Origin: a virus
Taxonomy: Duplodnaviria; Caudoviricetes
Length of the DNA: 64,000 nt
Strand: one strand, 5' to 3'
Virus record (IMG/VR): IMGVR_UViG_3300048502_000136
Span: 34,433-98,432 of that record
The translations under genes and the position numbers were made by a program. Of the stretch, positions 37,522 to 46,213 are shown piece after piece (the stretch's first letter is position 1; every line of letters starts with the position of its first letter). The notes beneath the pieces were generated by a model, which saw nothing but the letters and a program-made list of their open reading frames with translations, ran no database searches and had not been told where the DNA came from.

Positions 37522-40500
37522 TTATTTTAACCTATGCTCCCCCCCCCCCCCCACCTTAACCTCAACTTCCTTCATGATTCCCCAATCCTCTCCAACCGAA
37601 CACTCTACATCAACCACCAGACCCGTCGGAGCCACCACAGGGTCCACTAGAACCTTGCTAGGCGCATGAAGAACCGGATAGATATCCTGCTGATGCTCTT
37701 CCAACCGTGAAGGGTCGATCAGGTTCAAAAGGGAATCATGAACCGTATTGCGAAGGCTCCACTTCTCATTTAAGCCACGCCGCTCTAACTCCTTCATAGC
37801 CTCTCGAATGTTGCCAAAGGCCAAGCTAGCGGGAAGGAAAGCAATAGCCTGCTCGGATTGCTCGCCAGGCTTCCAACCTCCTTTACCGTCCGGTGCATAC
37901 ACCTCGTAAAACCAGCGAATCGCTCCAAAGGCGTTTTTAAGAAAGCCTTCACGATGAGCCTGCTGGCGAACGGCTTCCTGCCATGCAAACACTTTTGGAA
38001 ACAGCGAGCGAATAACCTGCATAAAAGCAGAAGCTTCGGAAAGTGAGCTGAAGCTCTCCCTGTTCATGTCGTAAAGCTTGTTGACGCCAAGCCCGAAGCC
38101 AATGCCAAGTATACAATTAGCTACTAATTTGCCTGATACTGTATAGCACTTTCTCGGGCCTGCATCTGCTATGTCATATACCCGTGCGAAACTAACCACT
38201 TTCTCAAGGCTGCCCGTGTCTTGCAAGATGGACCCTGAACGCTGGCTATGGCATGCTCGATTACTTGCTCTCCAGTCATCTTCTTGTTCTTGACCAGGCG
38301 TCGAGTCCAACTGTAGTCGTAGGGAGAATCGAACTCGTCCAGTAGAATCTGACTCCCTTTGAAGGAAACCCACACGGTTATTCGACGATTGGACAACTGC
38401 TCCTTTCGAGTTGCAAGGCGCAGGTTCCCCGGCTCGTAATGGCCATTGTTGTCTATCCGGTCGATCTCCACGCCCTTGTAATTCTCGTGAGGGAGATTCT
38501 GAACCACCCACTGTACAAACTCGTTTCGAGTCTTGAACTTGGAGGTTATTCCCCGGCCACCATAGTCTGCGTATTTCGAATTGTGTGGAAAAAAGCATCT
38601 CGACACAATCGCGTCGTACCTTCGGCCTAAAACCCCTTGATGGATTGATTTGGTCTGATTGCATGACTGGCAGCCCGACGTGCCTCCGCCGAGTAGGCTG
38701 GACTTGTCGATCCAACGTTTCCTTTGACATTTCGTACATTGAACGAAAAGCCTGATGTATCCTTTTTCGCGCCGAACGTTCGAGGAGATGACCGTGACTA
38801 AACCGAACTGCTTGCCCAGCAACTCCGGTACTTGCGAGCCGAGCCAATGATGATGCTGCTCTCCCGAATGCCATCTCGAAGCCGTTTTCGAGGAAGACAA
38901 CGTGGTCGGGGGTCGCTGTGAGGCCGTCGTAAGTGATGACCTCTTGGATTCCTTTGTCAATGAGTCCTCCGTGAGAAACCCATTCTACTCCATCCCAAAC
39001 CCTGTGGGCAAGCGTTATGTCTTGGATTGGAACCAATCCACGATCTGTCAGAACCAACTCCCCTTCAGCAATACAAGGCTTGGCTTTTTTATCCCGGAGA
39101 AACTTCCGGTCCGGGTCTTTCTTAAACCATCGAAAGCGTTCCGCCAGTTCCTCGTCAGGTTGAGCAAACAGCTTAAAAGCATCCCAATCCTTGTTAAAAT
39201 GCCCGGCTACAAAAGAGTGCATATCAAGCCGGGCAAGCCTCATGTAGTCTAAATCTTTGGCGCAGTAGCCAGTAGTAAGAACGTGATAAGACTTGAAATC
39301 CCACTCCACCAAGAGTTTGCCTTGCTGCCGAATCATGGATCGTACGGCTTTGGCTAATTTTCCGTGCTTAGGGGCCGTCTGAATGTTCGGATTTCGGCTG
39401 GATAGCTGCATGGTCGCGGTGTCGTAAGTAAAAGTGGTATGGACACAACCAGTGTCAGGCCGAGGCTTAAATCCGTTGATGTAAGTTCCTCGCATCTTTC
39501 GCAACTCACGACAGTCCGCGACCTTGGTGTAGAAATTGTCTTTGTACTGGGTTGCAAGTCGAAGCAAGCTAACCTTATCGGTTGTGTTCTCGCCAGTTTT
39601 CTTGGTAGGGATTTTATGCTTGCGCGCAGCCATGTAGGATAGAAGTTGCGCGGGCGAGTTCGGCGAAAACTGATAGACCCGAAACCATTTAAGCTCGCCT
39701 GCCGTTGTCAGTCCCAAGTTCTCATCAAGCACGACCTGGCCAACCCGCCGAACCTCGTAACGGTAAGTCTCTCCTATAACTTCCTTACCGTTCGGGTCCA
39801 TTTCGGAAGGCTCATTGAATACCCGCTGCGAGATAAGTTTGCGCAGGTTGATATCTGCGGGAGTTTCGCCGGAAGTAACAGCCTGCGCGCGAGCATGTGC
39901 CTGCTGTTTTAGAGTTTCCTGAACCAGCTTTTTAGTTACCTTCTCTCCCTTTCGATTGATCCAGATTACCTTTCCGTCAGGCTTGCGCTGTTCCAGAAAC
40001 TCAGACTCAGGAAGAGGAGCTAGTTCGTCAAGAAGCTGGCAAACTTCGGGAGGAACTCCTGTATAGCCGGTAAGCCTGCCTGCGACCTTCGGCGTGACCT
40101 TTCTCGCGGCGTTTGGAAACCTGGCATCCAATTCAATCAAGGCTTCCCGTTCAGCTTCCTCAAACTCTACATCCAGAGCAAGCCTGCGCTGATCGTCTAT
40201 AGGCAGGCCCCGATCTTCCATAGCGGCCAAAATGGGTCGAGTCTGCTCCACCATGGAAACGAACCCAGCAGCTTCACGCTCCGGTTGCTGAGTGTCAGAC
40301 CAAATACCTCGGTCGTGCATAGTCCGGCGTAGAGTTCCGTAAAGTCTGAGTGCGCTGTCAACGTCGGCTATGCCATAGACTTCAATGCTGGAGTCGCTAA
40401 GATGCTTCCATGGAAAAGGAAATCCACAAAAAGTGCTAGCAAACTGCAAGTGAGCTGGAAGATCAGGCTGCCAGTACCGAAACATCAGAAGCGTATCGTG

Positions 40501-41622
40501 AATAGGGCCGTTAGGCCAGAAATACTGGCGGTGGTGGTAATCGCGCAGCCCGGTGGCCTGCATGACTCTAAGGTCGAACCCATGGAGATTGTGGCCGACT
40601 TTAGGCAAAGCCAATTTTAGAAGCCAGCGAACTGCTTGAATGTGCTCACCTTCCCATGAAAGGGCAAGGCCGGTTCCTGGCTGCGTAGAAAATTGAAAAA
40701 GACGCAAACGTGTATCTACGTAACCTTCAGTTGCGTCTTCGTCCAGAGACACGCTTTCGTATGTTTCCGTGTCAAAGCTTAAAGCCAGCAAGGAAGCATC
40801 ACGAGATGAAGGAGGTAAAGCTTGCCAAGCTTCAGACTTGGCTTTAGTGTCCCGACAGAAGGCATCCAATTCGGATCGAGTTGGTTTGAGGTTATACCTG
40901 AGATTGTATCGAGCCAGCCACGCGCGAACGGACTCGGCTTCAGCCGCCTCAGCCTCCTCAAGCGACATCGTGCTTTTGCAAAGAAACTCCTCAACCATCT
41001 TCGGCATGTCCAGGATAAAAGAGCGATCCCGACCTTGCCTGATATTGACGGCGCGCTGGATATCTCTGGCCAGAACCCCTGTCAGATGGATAGCTCCGCG
41101 CCGCAGAAAGGCCGGGTGGTAAGTCGGCACCACGAGCAGGTCAGCCACGCCCACGGCAGCGCAATACTCCGGGAGGGCACGAAACACATACCCGCGCGAG
41201 TGGCTGATGGATCGCTTAGCGCCCGAAATGCCAGTCAGGGTGCGAAACGGAATGTTGCCGAACGCGACAATAACTTTCGGCTTGAACTGGCGCAGGAAAG
41301 CAAGCAGGTTCGGCTTGCACGAGTCGATGACGGAGAACTCGTAAGGTGTGCCTGCGAGTTCGTTGCCCCAAGGTTTGCAGCGCAGAACATTCGTGATCGC
41401 AAACTGATCCCGCGTGTAGCCCAGCCTGCGCAGGGTTCTTTCCAGGATCATGCCTGACGGGGCAAACGGCCTAAAAGGAAGCTGATCGCGCGACTCGTGC
41501 TCGCCTGATGCTTCGCCGACCAAGGCCACGCCAAGGGTGCCCAAGCCTTCCGGCTGCGAGAAGTCAGTCCCGGCTGAGCATAGCTCACAGCCAAAGCAGA
41601 AGTATGGCTTGCTGCGAGTCAC
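37522..41622 (-). CDS. polA: family A DNA polymerase with N-terminal uracil-DNA-glycosylase-like domain, 3'-5' exonuclease and intein
   Basis: UDG: LVGEASG, TNVLRCKP, PTYHPAFL; Exo: FDTET, GHN..GFDL, YGIAD; Pol: TATMQLSSRNPNIQ, WDFKS, KAK/.LGIGFG, VHDS. Confidence 0.93.
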   Translation of the reverse strand: MTRSKPYFCFGCELCSAGTDFSQPEGLGTLGVALVGEASGEHESRDQLPFRPFAPSGMILERTLRRLGYTRDQFAITNVLRCKPWGNELAGTPYEFSVIDSCKPNLLAFLRQFKPKVIVAFGNIPFRTLTGISGAKRSISHSRGYVFRALPEYCAAVGVADLLVVPTYHPAFLRRGAIHLTGVLARDIQRAVNIRQGRDRSFILDMPKMVEEFLCKSTMSLEEAEAAEAESVRAWLARYNLRYNLKPTRSELDAFCRDTKAKSEAWQALPPSSRDASLLALSFDTETYESVSLDEDATEGYVDTRLRLFQFSTQPGTGLALSWEGEHIQAVRWLLKLALPKVGHNLHGFDLRVMQATGLRDYHHRQYFWPNGPIHDTLLMFRYWQPDLPAHLQFASTFCGFPFPWKHLSDSSIEVYGIADVDSALRLYGTLRRTMHDRGIWSDTQQPEREAAGFVSMVEQTRPILAAMEDRGLPIDDQRRLALDVEFEEAEREALIELDARFPNAARKVTPKVAGRLTGYTGVPPEVCQLLDELAPLPESEFLEQRKPDGKVIWINRKGEKVTKKLVQETLKQQAHARAQAVTSGETPADINLRKLISQRVFNEPSEMDPNGKEVIGETYRYEVRRVGQVVLDENLGLTTAGELKWFRVYQFSPNSPAQLLSYMAARKHKIPTKKTGENTTDKVSLLRLATQYKDNFYTKVADCRELRKMRGTYINGFKPRPDTGCVHTTFTYDTATMQLSSRNPNIQTAPKHGKLAKAVRSMIRQQGKLLVEWDFKSYHVLTTGYCAKDLDYMRLARLDMHSFVAGHFNKDWDAFKLFAQPDEELAERFRWFKKDPDRKFLRDKKAKPCIAEGELVLTDRGLVPIQDITLAHRVWDGVEWVSHGGLIDKGIQEVITYDGLTATPDHVVFLENGFEMAFGRAASSLARLASTGVAGQAVRFSHGHLLERSARKRIHQAFRSMYEMSKETLDRQVQPTRRRHVGLPVMQSDQINPSRGFRPKVRRDCVEMLFSTQFEIRRLWWPGNNLQVQDSKRVCTVGGSESPSRELQGRGDRPDRQQWPLRAGEPAPCNSKGAVVQSSNNRVGFLQRESDSTGRVRFSLRLQLDSTPGQEQEDDWRASNRACHSQRSGSILQDTGSLEKVVSFARVYDIADAGPRKCYTVSGKLVANCILGIGFGLGVNKLYDMNRESFSSLSEASAFMQVIRSLFPKVFAWQEAVRQQAHREGFLKNAFGAIRWFYEVYAPDGKGGWKPGEQSEQAIAFLPASLAFGNIREAMKELERRGLNEKWSLRNTVHDSLLNLIDPSRLEEHQQDIYPVLHAPSKVLVDPVVAPTGLVVDVECSVGEDWGIMKEVEVKVGGGGEHRLK
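37539..37552 (+). repeat. poly-C tract (C14) in the last codons of polA
   Basis: direct count. Confidence 0.85.
38116..39075 (-). mobile_element. intein in PolA motif B (320 aa)
   Basis: C1 CIAEGELVLTDRGLVPI, block B TATPDHVV, block F RVYDI..AG, terminal VAN followed by Cys+1; removal restores KAKP-CILGIGFG. Confidence 0.93.
38169..38960 (-). CDS. HNH-type homing endonuclease nested in the +1 frame inside the PolA intein
   Basis: GKQFGLVTV, CTKC...GCQSC Zn ribbon, RC..P....Y.DYGGRGI, EIDRIDNNGHYEPGNLRLATRKEQ.SNRR; GGAGG SD 5 nt before the TTG. Confidence 0.88.
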   Translation of the reverse strand: MTKESKRSSLTTASQRPPTTLSSSKTASRWHSGEQHHHWLGSQVPELLGKQFGLVTVISSNVRREKGYIRLFVQCTKCQRKRWIDKSSLLGGGTSGCQSCNQTKSIHQGVLGRRYDAIVSRCFFPHNSKYADYGGRGITSKFKTRNEFVQWVVQNLPHENYKGVEIDRIDNNGHYEPGNLRLATRKEQLSNRRITVWVSFKGSQILLDEFDSPYDYSWTRRLVKNKKMTGEQVIEHAIASVQGPSCKTRAALRKWLVSHGYMT

Positions 41623-44094
41623 TTAAAGCCACTCCTTCACGCGCGGGTCCGCCACGCACTTGCTCGCCACGACCTCTTTTGAACCTACGATACGGAGACC
41701 TTCCAAGGTCCGGCACCGGGACAGCGCCGTGTAAGCCATGGCAGGCTGGTTCATCGCCCACGAGCGGAAATCAATCTGCAGCTTATCCAAGGACAGGCCT
41801 TGGCAGTTGTGCCCAACAAACGGGCCAAACGACATAATGTGCGGCGAGGCTATCTCAACGTCTCGCATGGCAACTTGATCACTTGAGGACTCAATCGAGA
41901 CAATCTGGTCGAATCCATCGGTGCGGGTTATGGACCTATTTGGTCGCAGCCCTTCCAGCTTATCCTTCTTGCGCGTGACAGAAAACCCGACGCGATTGAT
42001 AAAGTCGGGCAAGCCAGCGGCATGCACAGAAACTTGCCAGTATGGCCGGTTTTCGCCTTTATAGAGACCTGTATGACGACGGCGCTTGGAAAAAATTCCC
42101 AAGCCTAGCAACATGTTCTGAACATCCCTGCTCATCTGCTCAGACGCAGTCGTAAGAACCAGATAAGAACGACCAACATGGCCATCCGTATCGAACAGGC
42201 CTTGCAAATAAGCCCCCCACGCCTGCCAGCCGGACTGCCAAACCTTCTCAGGAATTTTCTTGTTCGGGCCAGTAACGTAATCCAAGCCCAATCCAAGTAG
42301 CTTGCGCCGAAAAGGCTGCGAAGTCGAGTGAAGGCCATTCGTCTTTTTACCCTTACGCCACTCGCAGCGTAAGCCTTCTACATCGTTTAGATAAGATTTG
42401 TAACGGTAGCCCACTTCAGGGTCTTTGCCAGAGGCCATGTGCAAGGTTCCGTCGTCGCGGTCGTTGTAAGAGCCGTATCCGCAAAGAGCCCCCATAAACC
42501 ACGCAAGTTCCGTAGGAACTTCGTCGCTTCCAGGAAACGGCCTTCCCTGAGCTAGCTGAATTGAATTACCTACCTCTAACGATTGCGTTTCAACCAGACC
42601 TAAGTTAGTTTGCCAACGGTGCTCTGCCGAGCAGGTAATTTCGTAACCGCGCTCGGTGTGAATCGTCCAAGCAGGATGAATTGAATCAGCTACAGCCTTA
42701 ATCACCCCGAACGGTGTAATGTCACCTTCCTTGACTTCTCGCAGTTTCAAAAGGCCCCAGTTGAAAACCGGCACCCGCTCGTTGCTATCAACGCACTTAT
42801 GAACAGTGCTGGCGTAGGCCAGCCGGATCGGGAAATACTCTAACTGCCCTGACACATAGCGCTTGGCCTTGGCCCGAAAGTGAGGCTGGCCGATATACCC
42901 GCCAAGGTCTTCGCCTGATGCGACCGTAATCTCGTCATGCATGTCACTGGGCCGGTCAAGTGAATCGACCGAGCGCACGACCGACCTGACCGGGACGACT
43001 GTGCCGGACCTGGCCAGTTCAATCAGCACCTTGGGCGGCTCGCCTGGTTGCCCGCTCGGCTGAATCCCGCGAACATGCCCGCAGTCCCCGTTCACGTAGA
43101 TCAGGTCGCGGTCCACGTAGAAATTGCTGAGGATCATGACGTAGGCCCCTTCGCGCAGGATGGTCCTGTCAGGGATGTTCTTCCACTCGGAGCGAAGCTT
43201 GCCCCAGCGGCGGGCCGGAAGCGCCATCAGCCTGCCTTTGACGCGATCCAGGGCGACCTGATTGAACCGGTCCACTTCGTCGTTCTTGCTAGTCAGGGTG
43301 GTGCCGTCGAACTCGATATCGACCGCCGTGTGGAACTCGACGCCCGCCGCCGAGAGCAGGCCAGCCGCCTCAGCCCCGCGCCCGGCCCTGGCATAGTTAA
43401 GAATGCGCAGGTAGCGCTCGTCAGCCTGCCGCCAGACTTTAGTGAGCCGCAGGGTATTCCGCGCGAACCTCGGCCATGAAGAGGCGTCGAAAAACCACGG
43501 CGTCGGGACTCTGGCGCGCGAGTGTTTGAGCCGGGAATCCGGAATGGCCGGGAGTTGCGCCGGGTCGCCGGTCAGGATCAGGCCGATAGGCGGGCGGCGC
43601 AGGTGAATATCAACTTGGCTCGGCTGCTGATTCACGTCGTCGAACACTTTCACGAGCAGGTCCAGCATGCTGGCAGAGAGCATGGAAACTTCATCTATTA
43701 CGACATTGCTGTAGCCGTCCGCGATCACGCGGCGAAGCTTGCGCTGGGGCGCTCCCTTGAGATAAGCGTCACGCAGCGAGTCCTCGTCGAAAAATCCAAG
43801 AAGAGAGTGAATCGTAGTGCAGTTAAGGTTGACGCTCGCAATTCCGGTCGTAGCGCTAAGCACGGCATAGGAAGGGTTGTCGAGAAGGCGCTGACGAAGG
43901 GTGAAACTCTTGCCGCTGCCCGCCGGTCCGGTGATAAAGGAGCAGGGGGTTTCGCGGAGGTCGGGGTTGGCAGACTGTGCGGCGCTCTCATCGTCCAAGT
44001 AAAAATCGCTCGTCGGGTCCATTATCTGGATCGGCTGGTCGAGGAGAGCATCCAGGTTAAGGTCGGTCTCGGTCTCGGTGTCAGGGTTGGTCAT
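41623..44094 (-). CDS. Pif1-family (SF1B) DNA helicase with intein
   Basis: ITGPAGSGKS, IDEVSM, GDPAQLP, LTKVWRQ, YASTVHK/CQGLSLD. Confidence 0.92.
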   Translation of the reverse strand: MTNPDTETETDLNLDALLDQPIQIMDPTSDFYLDDESAAQSANPDLRETPCSFITGPAGSGKSFTLRQRLLDNPSYAVLSATTGIASVNLNCTTIHSLLGFFDEDSLRDAYLKGAPQRKLRRVIADGYSNVVIDEVSMLSASMLDLLVKVFDDVNQQPSQVDIHLRRPPIGLILTGDPAQLPAIPDSRLKHSRARVPTPWFFDASSWPRFARNTLRLTKVWRQADERYLRILNYARAGRGAEAAGLLSAAGVEFHTAVDIEFDGTTLTSKNDEVDRFNQVALDRVKGRLMALPARRWGKLRSEWKNIPDRTILREGAYVMILSNFYVDRDLIYVNGDCGHVRGIQPSGQPGEPPKVLIELARSGTVVPVRSVVRSVDSLDRPSDMHDEITVASGEDLGGYIGQPHFRAKAKRYVSGQLEYFPIRLAYASTVHKCVDSNERVPVFNWGLLKLREVKEGDITPFGVIKAVADSIHPAWTIHTERGYEITCSAEHRWQTNLGLVETQSLEVGNSIQLAQGRPFPGSDEVPTELAWFMGALCGYGSYNDRDDGTLHMASGKDPEVGYRYKSYLNDVEGLRCEWRKGKKTNGLHSTSQPFRRKLLGLGLDYVTGPNKKIPEKVWQSGWQAWGAYLQGLFDTDGHVGRSYLVLTTASEQMSRDVQNMLLGLGIFSKRRRHTGLYKGENRPYWQVSVHAAGLPDFINRVGFSVTRKKDKLEGLRPNRSITRTDGFDQIVSIESSSDQVAMRDVEIASPHIMSFGPFVGHNCQGLSLDKLQIDFRSWAMNQPAMAYTALSRCRTLEGLRIVGSKEVVASKCVADPRVKEWL
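41806..42795 (-). mobile_element. intein with in-frame LAGLIDADG endonuclease (330 aa)
   Basis: C1 CVDSNE, block B ITCSAEHRW, WFMGALCGYGS and YLQGLFDTDG motifs, terminal GHN followed by Cys+1. Confidence 0.93.
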
Positions 44095-44488
44095 TGAAAT
44101 CCTCTATATCTGCGGTTGCTTCTGCTTCGTTTGTCTCTGCTTCTTCAGCAGGGTCACCGTCGCCACTCTCTGCCTCATCCGGCCTGCCCGCGCCGGTCTC
44201 GATCCACTCTTGCCAGCGAGCCAGTTCAGCGCGTTCCCGGTTTTTTAGAAACCATGCCTGACGACTGCTTACATAGCCATGATCCTTTTCGCCGAGAATC
44301 AGAAGGTTGTCCCAGGCCGGGTTCAGCTTGTTCAGGTCGCGATGGTGAACATGTTCGTCAGGGTGGAGTTTTCTCCCGAGTTTGGCTTCAGCTACCACGG
44401 TGTGGACGCGCGTGTTTCGTAGCGGCCCGGCCGTGATGACCAGGTAGCCTTTCTGGTCGATGGAGATACCGCCTGCGAATTTAGGCAT
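44081..44488 (-). CDS. HNH endonuclease
   Basis: VHTVVAEAKLGRKL.PDEHVHHRDLNKLNP..DNL.IL...DH. Confidence 0.88.
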   Translation of the reverse strand: MPKFAGGISIDQKGYLVITAGPLRNTRVHTVVAEAKLGRKLHPDEHVHHRDLNKLNPAWDNLLILGEKDHGYVSSRQAWFLKNRERAELARWQEWIETGAGRPDEAESGDGDPAEEAETNEAEATADIEDFNDQP

Positions 44489-44837
44489 TTGCGGGACCAA
44501 TCTTGGAGGCAACTTCAAGATCAGGCTCAGGCTCAGGCTCAGGCCAAGTCGAAGCAAGGCTGTCCAAGTCAGGCCCAACCCACCACTGACCGTCTTTGCC
44601 TTCCTGCTGCCAGCTTGCCAGTTTCAGCCTAATCCGTCTTTTTCCCACTAATTCCAGCTTGACCCACTGGTAAAGCATGGGTCGCTTCTTGAAAAAACCT
44701 TCAGTCAGGCTGCTGGCTCGCTCCATCGCGGCGCGGCAACCAGCCAGCGCTTCAGTCGGGTCTTCTGTCTGTAGAACTGTGTCGTAGCCACGGCCGTAGC
44801 CTGTTGTGACTTCGTAGAACTGGTTGATTATTTTCAT
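44481..44837 (-). CDS. hypothetical protein
   Basis: ATG at 44837 (MKIINQ), overlaps the HNH start. Confidence 0.55.
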   Translation of the reverse strand: MKIINQFYEVTTGYGRGYDTVLQTEDPTEALAGCRAAMERASSLTEGFFKKRPMLYQWVKLELVGKRRIRLKLASWQQEGKDGQWWVGPDLDSLASTWPEPEPEPDLEVASKIGPANA

Positions 44838-44872
44838 CCTTTGAGTCTCCCGCCCCGTCAGACCTAATCCAC

Positions 44873-45145
44873 TTAGTCCAGCTTCTCGTTCAAATCCCTG
44901 AGCCAGAAAAGCTGCTTCGGGGAGATGGCCAAATCCCCTCCCCACAAATCCATGAAGCCGATCTGCGTGGTTACGAACTCCATGGCTTGCTTGGTCCAGC
45001 CGGGAAGCGTCTCGTCACGGAAGTTGGCCTTTTCGACGGCTGGCTTGAGTCTCGCCAAGATGCGCCGAGCCTCGGCTGAACGTTCGGAAGGAGTTTGCGT
45101 TGAGATGGCGGAGGAGCCGGTGCCGCCGAAATCCTTGTAAGCCAT
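44873..45145 (-). CDS. hypothetical protein
   Basis: 90 aa with C-terminal SPKQ.FWL motif. Confidence 0.6.
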   Translation of the reverse strand: MAYKDFGGTGSSAISTQTPSERSAEARRILARLKPAVEKANFRDETLPGWTKQAMEFVTTQIGFMDLWGGDLAISPKQLFWLRDLNEKLD

Positions 45146-45351
45146 GAGTTTTGATCCCTTTCGCTGATGCTGATGCTGACATTGACGCTGACGCTGATGA
45201 CCTCTCTGCTGCTCTCGGTGGACCCCTAGTTGACGCTAGGGAGCGCAACGCCTTGGAGCACCGCAGACAAATCATCAGGCTAAGGGGCGGGGCAGCCTTA
45301 AAGCTGTTTAAGCTGCCCTACCTCCCTCATCTCCTACCTACCTCCCTACCC

Positions 45352-46116
45352 TTACTTCTTCAGCGGATGATAGTTGTTGATCCTGACCTGAGCGTGCAGG
45401 TGAACCTTGCCCAGACTTGTATCGACATCCATGTCCGGCAGCTTGGCCCCCTTCACTTCAGGGTTGTCAGGAAACCGGTGCATCCCAAGCACGCGGGGCG
45501 GCTTGACCCCGGCCTGCTTGAAACGCTCCTGATCGGCCTGATCAAGGTTGCCTTCCCAGACAGTCTCGATCTCCAGTTCCGGCTCACCCCCGAGCACCTT
45601 CAAGAGCGCCTCCAGGATATGCCGGGGGCTGGCAGATGCAGGCAGTTTATGGCCAAGCGAGGTGAGCACCCGAACCATGGGGATGCCACCGTTCCGTGCT
45701 GGCAGGGTGGACACAAACCGGTCCCAGACCTTCAGGCCGTCGTACCTGCCCGCAGGGTCGATGATCGTCGCTTCGATGGCCGTGTAGACATACGGGCTGC
45801 CCCCGTTGACTGTCGGCTTCTGGGCAATCTTGTAGCGAGCCGTGCCGCCGTTGTCGAGTTTCACGTCGATCTGCTTCAGTTTTGCACGATACCGGCCGTC
45901 AGGGATCGGTGGCGGGGCGGCATAGGCGTTCACATCGGTATTCGTCTCGACCTGAAATTCGAGAAGGTTGAGGTCAGTCGGGTCAGAGATGCCGGTCGAG
46001 GCTGGCTGGCCCAAGGGGTCGGCGTGGTCGAGGGCGTGGCTTGGCTCGTCCATGTAGATCGGCGTGGTGAAGTCAGCCTCGACTGCGGCTGGCTTGGCTG
46101 CGGTAGGTGTTGCCAT
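45352..46116 (-). CDS. putative single-stranded DNA-binding protein
   Basis: PIPDGRYRAKL...I.D..G..DG..VWD OB-fold-like pattern; follows the Sak4-like ATPase. Confidence 0.6.
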   Translation of the reverse strand: MATPTAAKPAAVEADFTTPIYMDEPSHALDHADPLGQPASTGISDPTDLNLLEFQVETNTDVNAYAAPPPIPDGRYRAKLKQIDVKLDNGGTARYKIAQKPTVNGGSPYVYTAIEATIIDPAGRYDGLKVWDRFVSTLPARNGGIPMVRVLTSLGHKLPASASPRHILEALLKVLGGEPELEIETVWEGNLDQADQERFKQAGVKPPRVLGMHRFPDNPEVKGAKLPDMDVDTSLGKVHLHAQVRINNYHPLKK

Positions 46117-46213
46117 GAGTGTGGTTCTCCCTTTGGTGGTTAGTAGTTATGGTGCTGGTGCTGGTTGCTGCTGGTTGCTGGTAAACTTGGGGTCGGCACG
46201 CGCCGCGCTAAAG

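Noticed and set aside
38169-38960. Group I intron explanation for the nested HNH
   Set aside because: The polymerase frame is uninterrupted and bounded by intein splicing motifs; there is no non-coding room for a ribozyme core.
41620-41630. Helicase and polymerase are in the same frame, separated only by TAA (possible readthrough fusion)
   Set aside because: A GAAGGAG SD precedes the polA GTG, so independent initiation is sufficient; no sign of TAA recoding elsewhere.
45151-46143. 330-aa plus-strand ORF
   Set aside because: Antisense shadow of the SSB-like gene, with no motifs.
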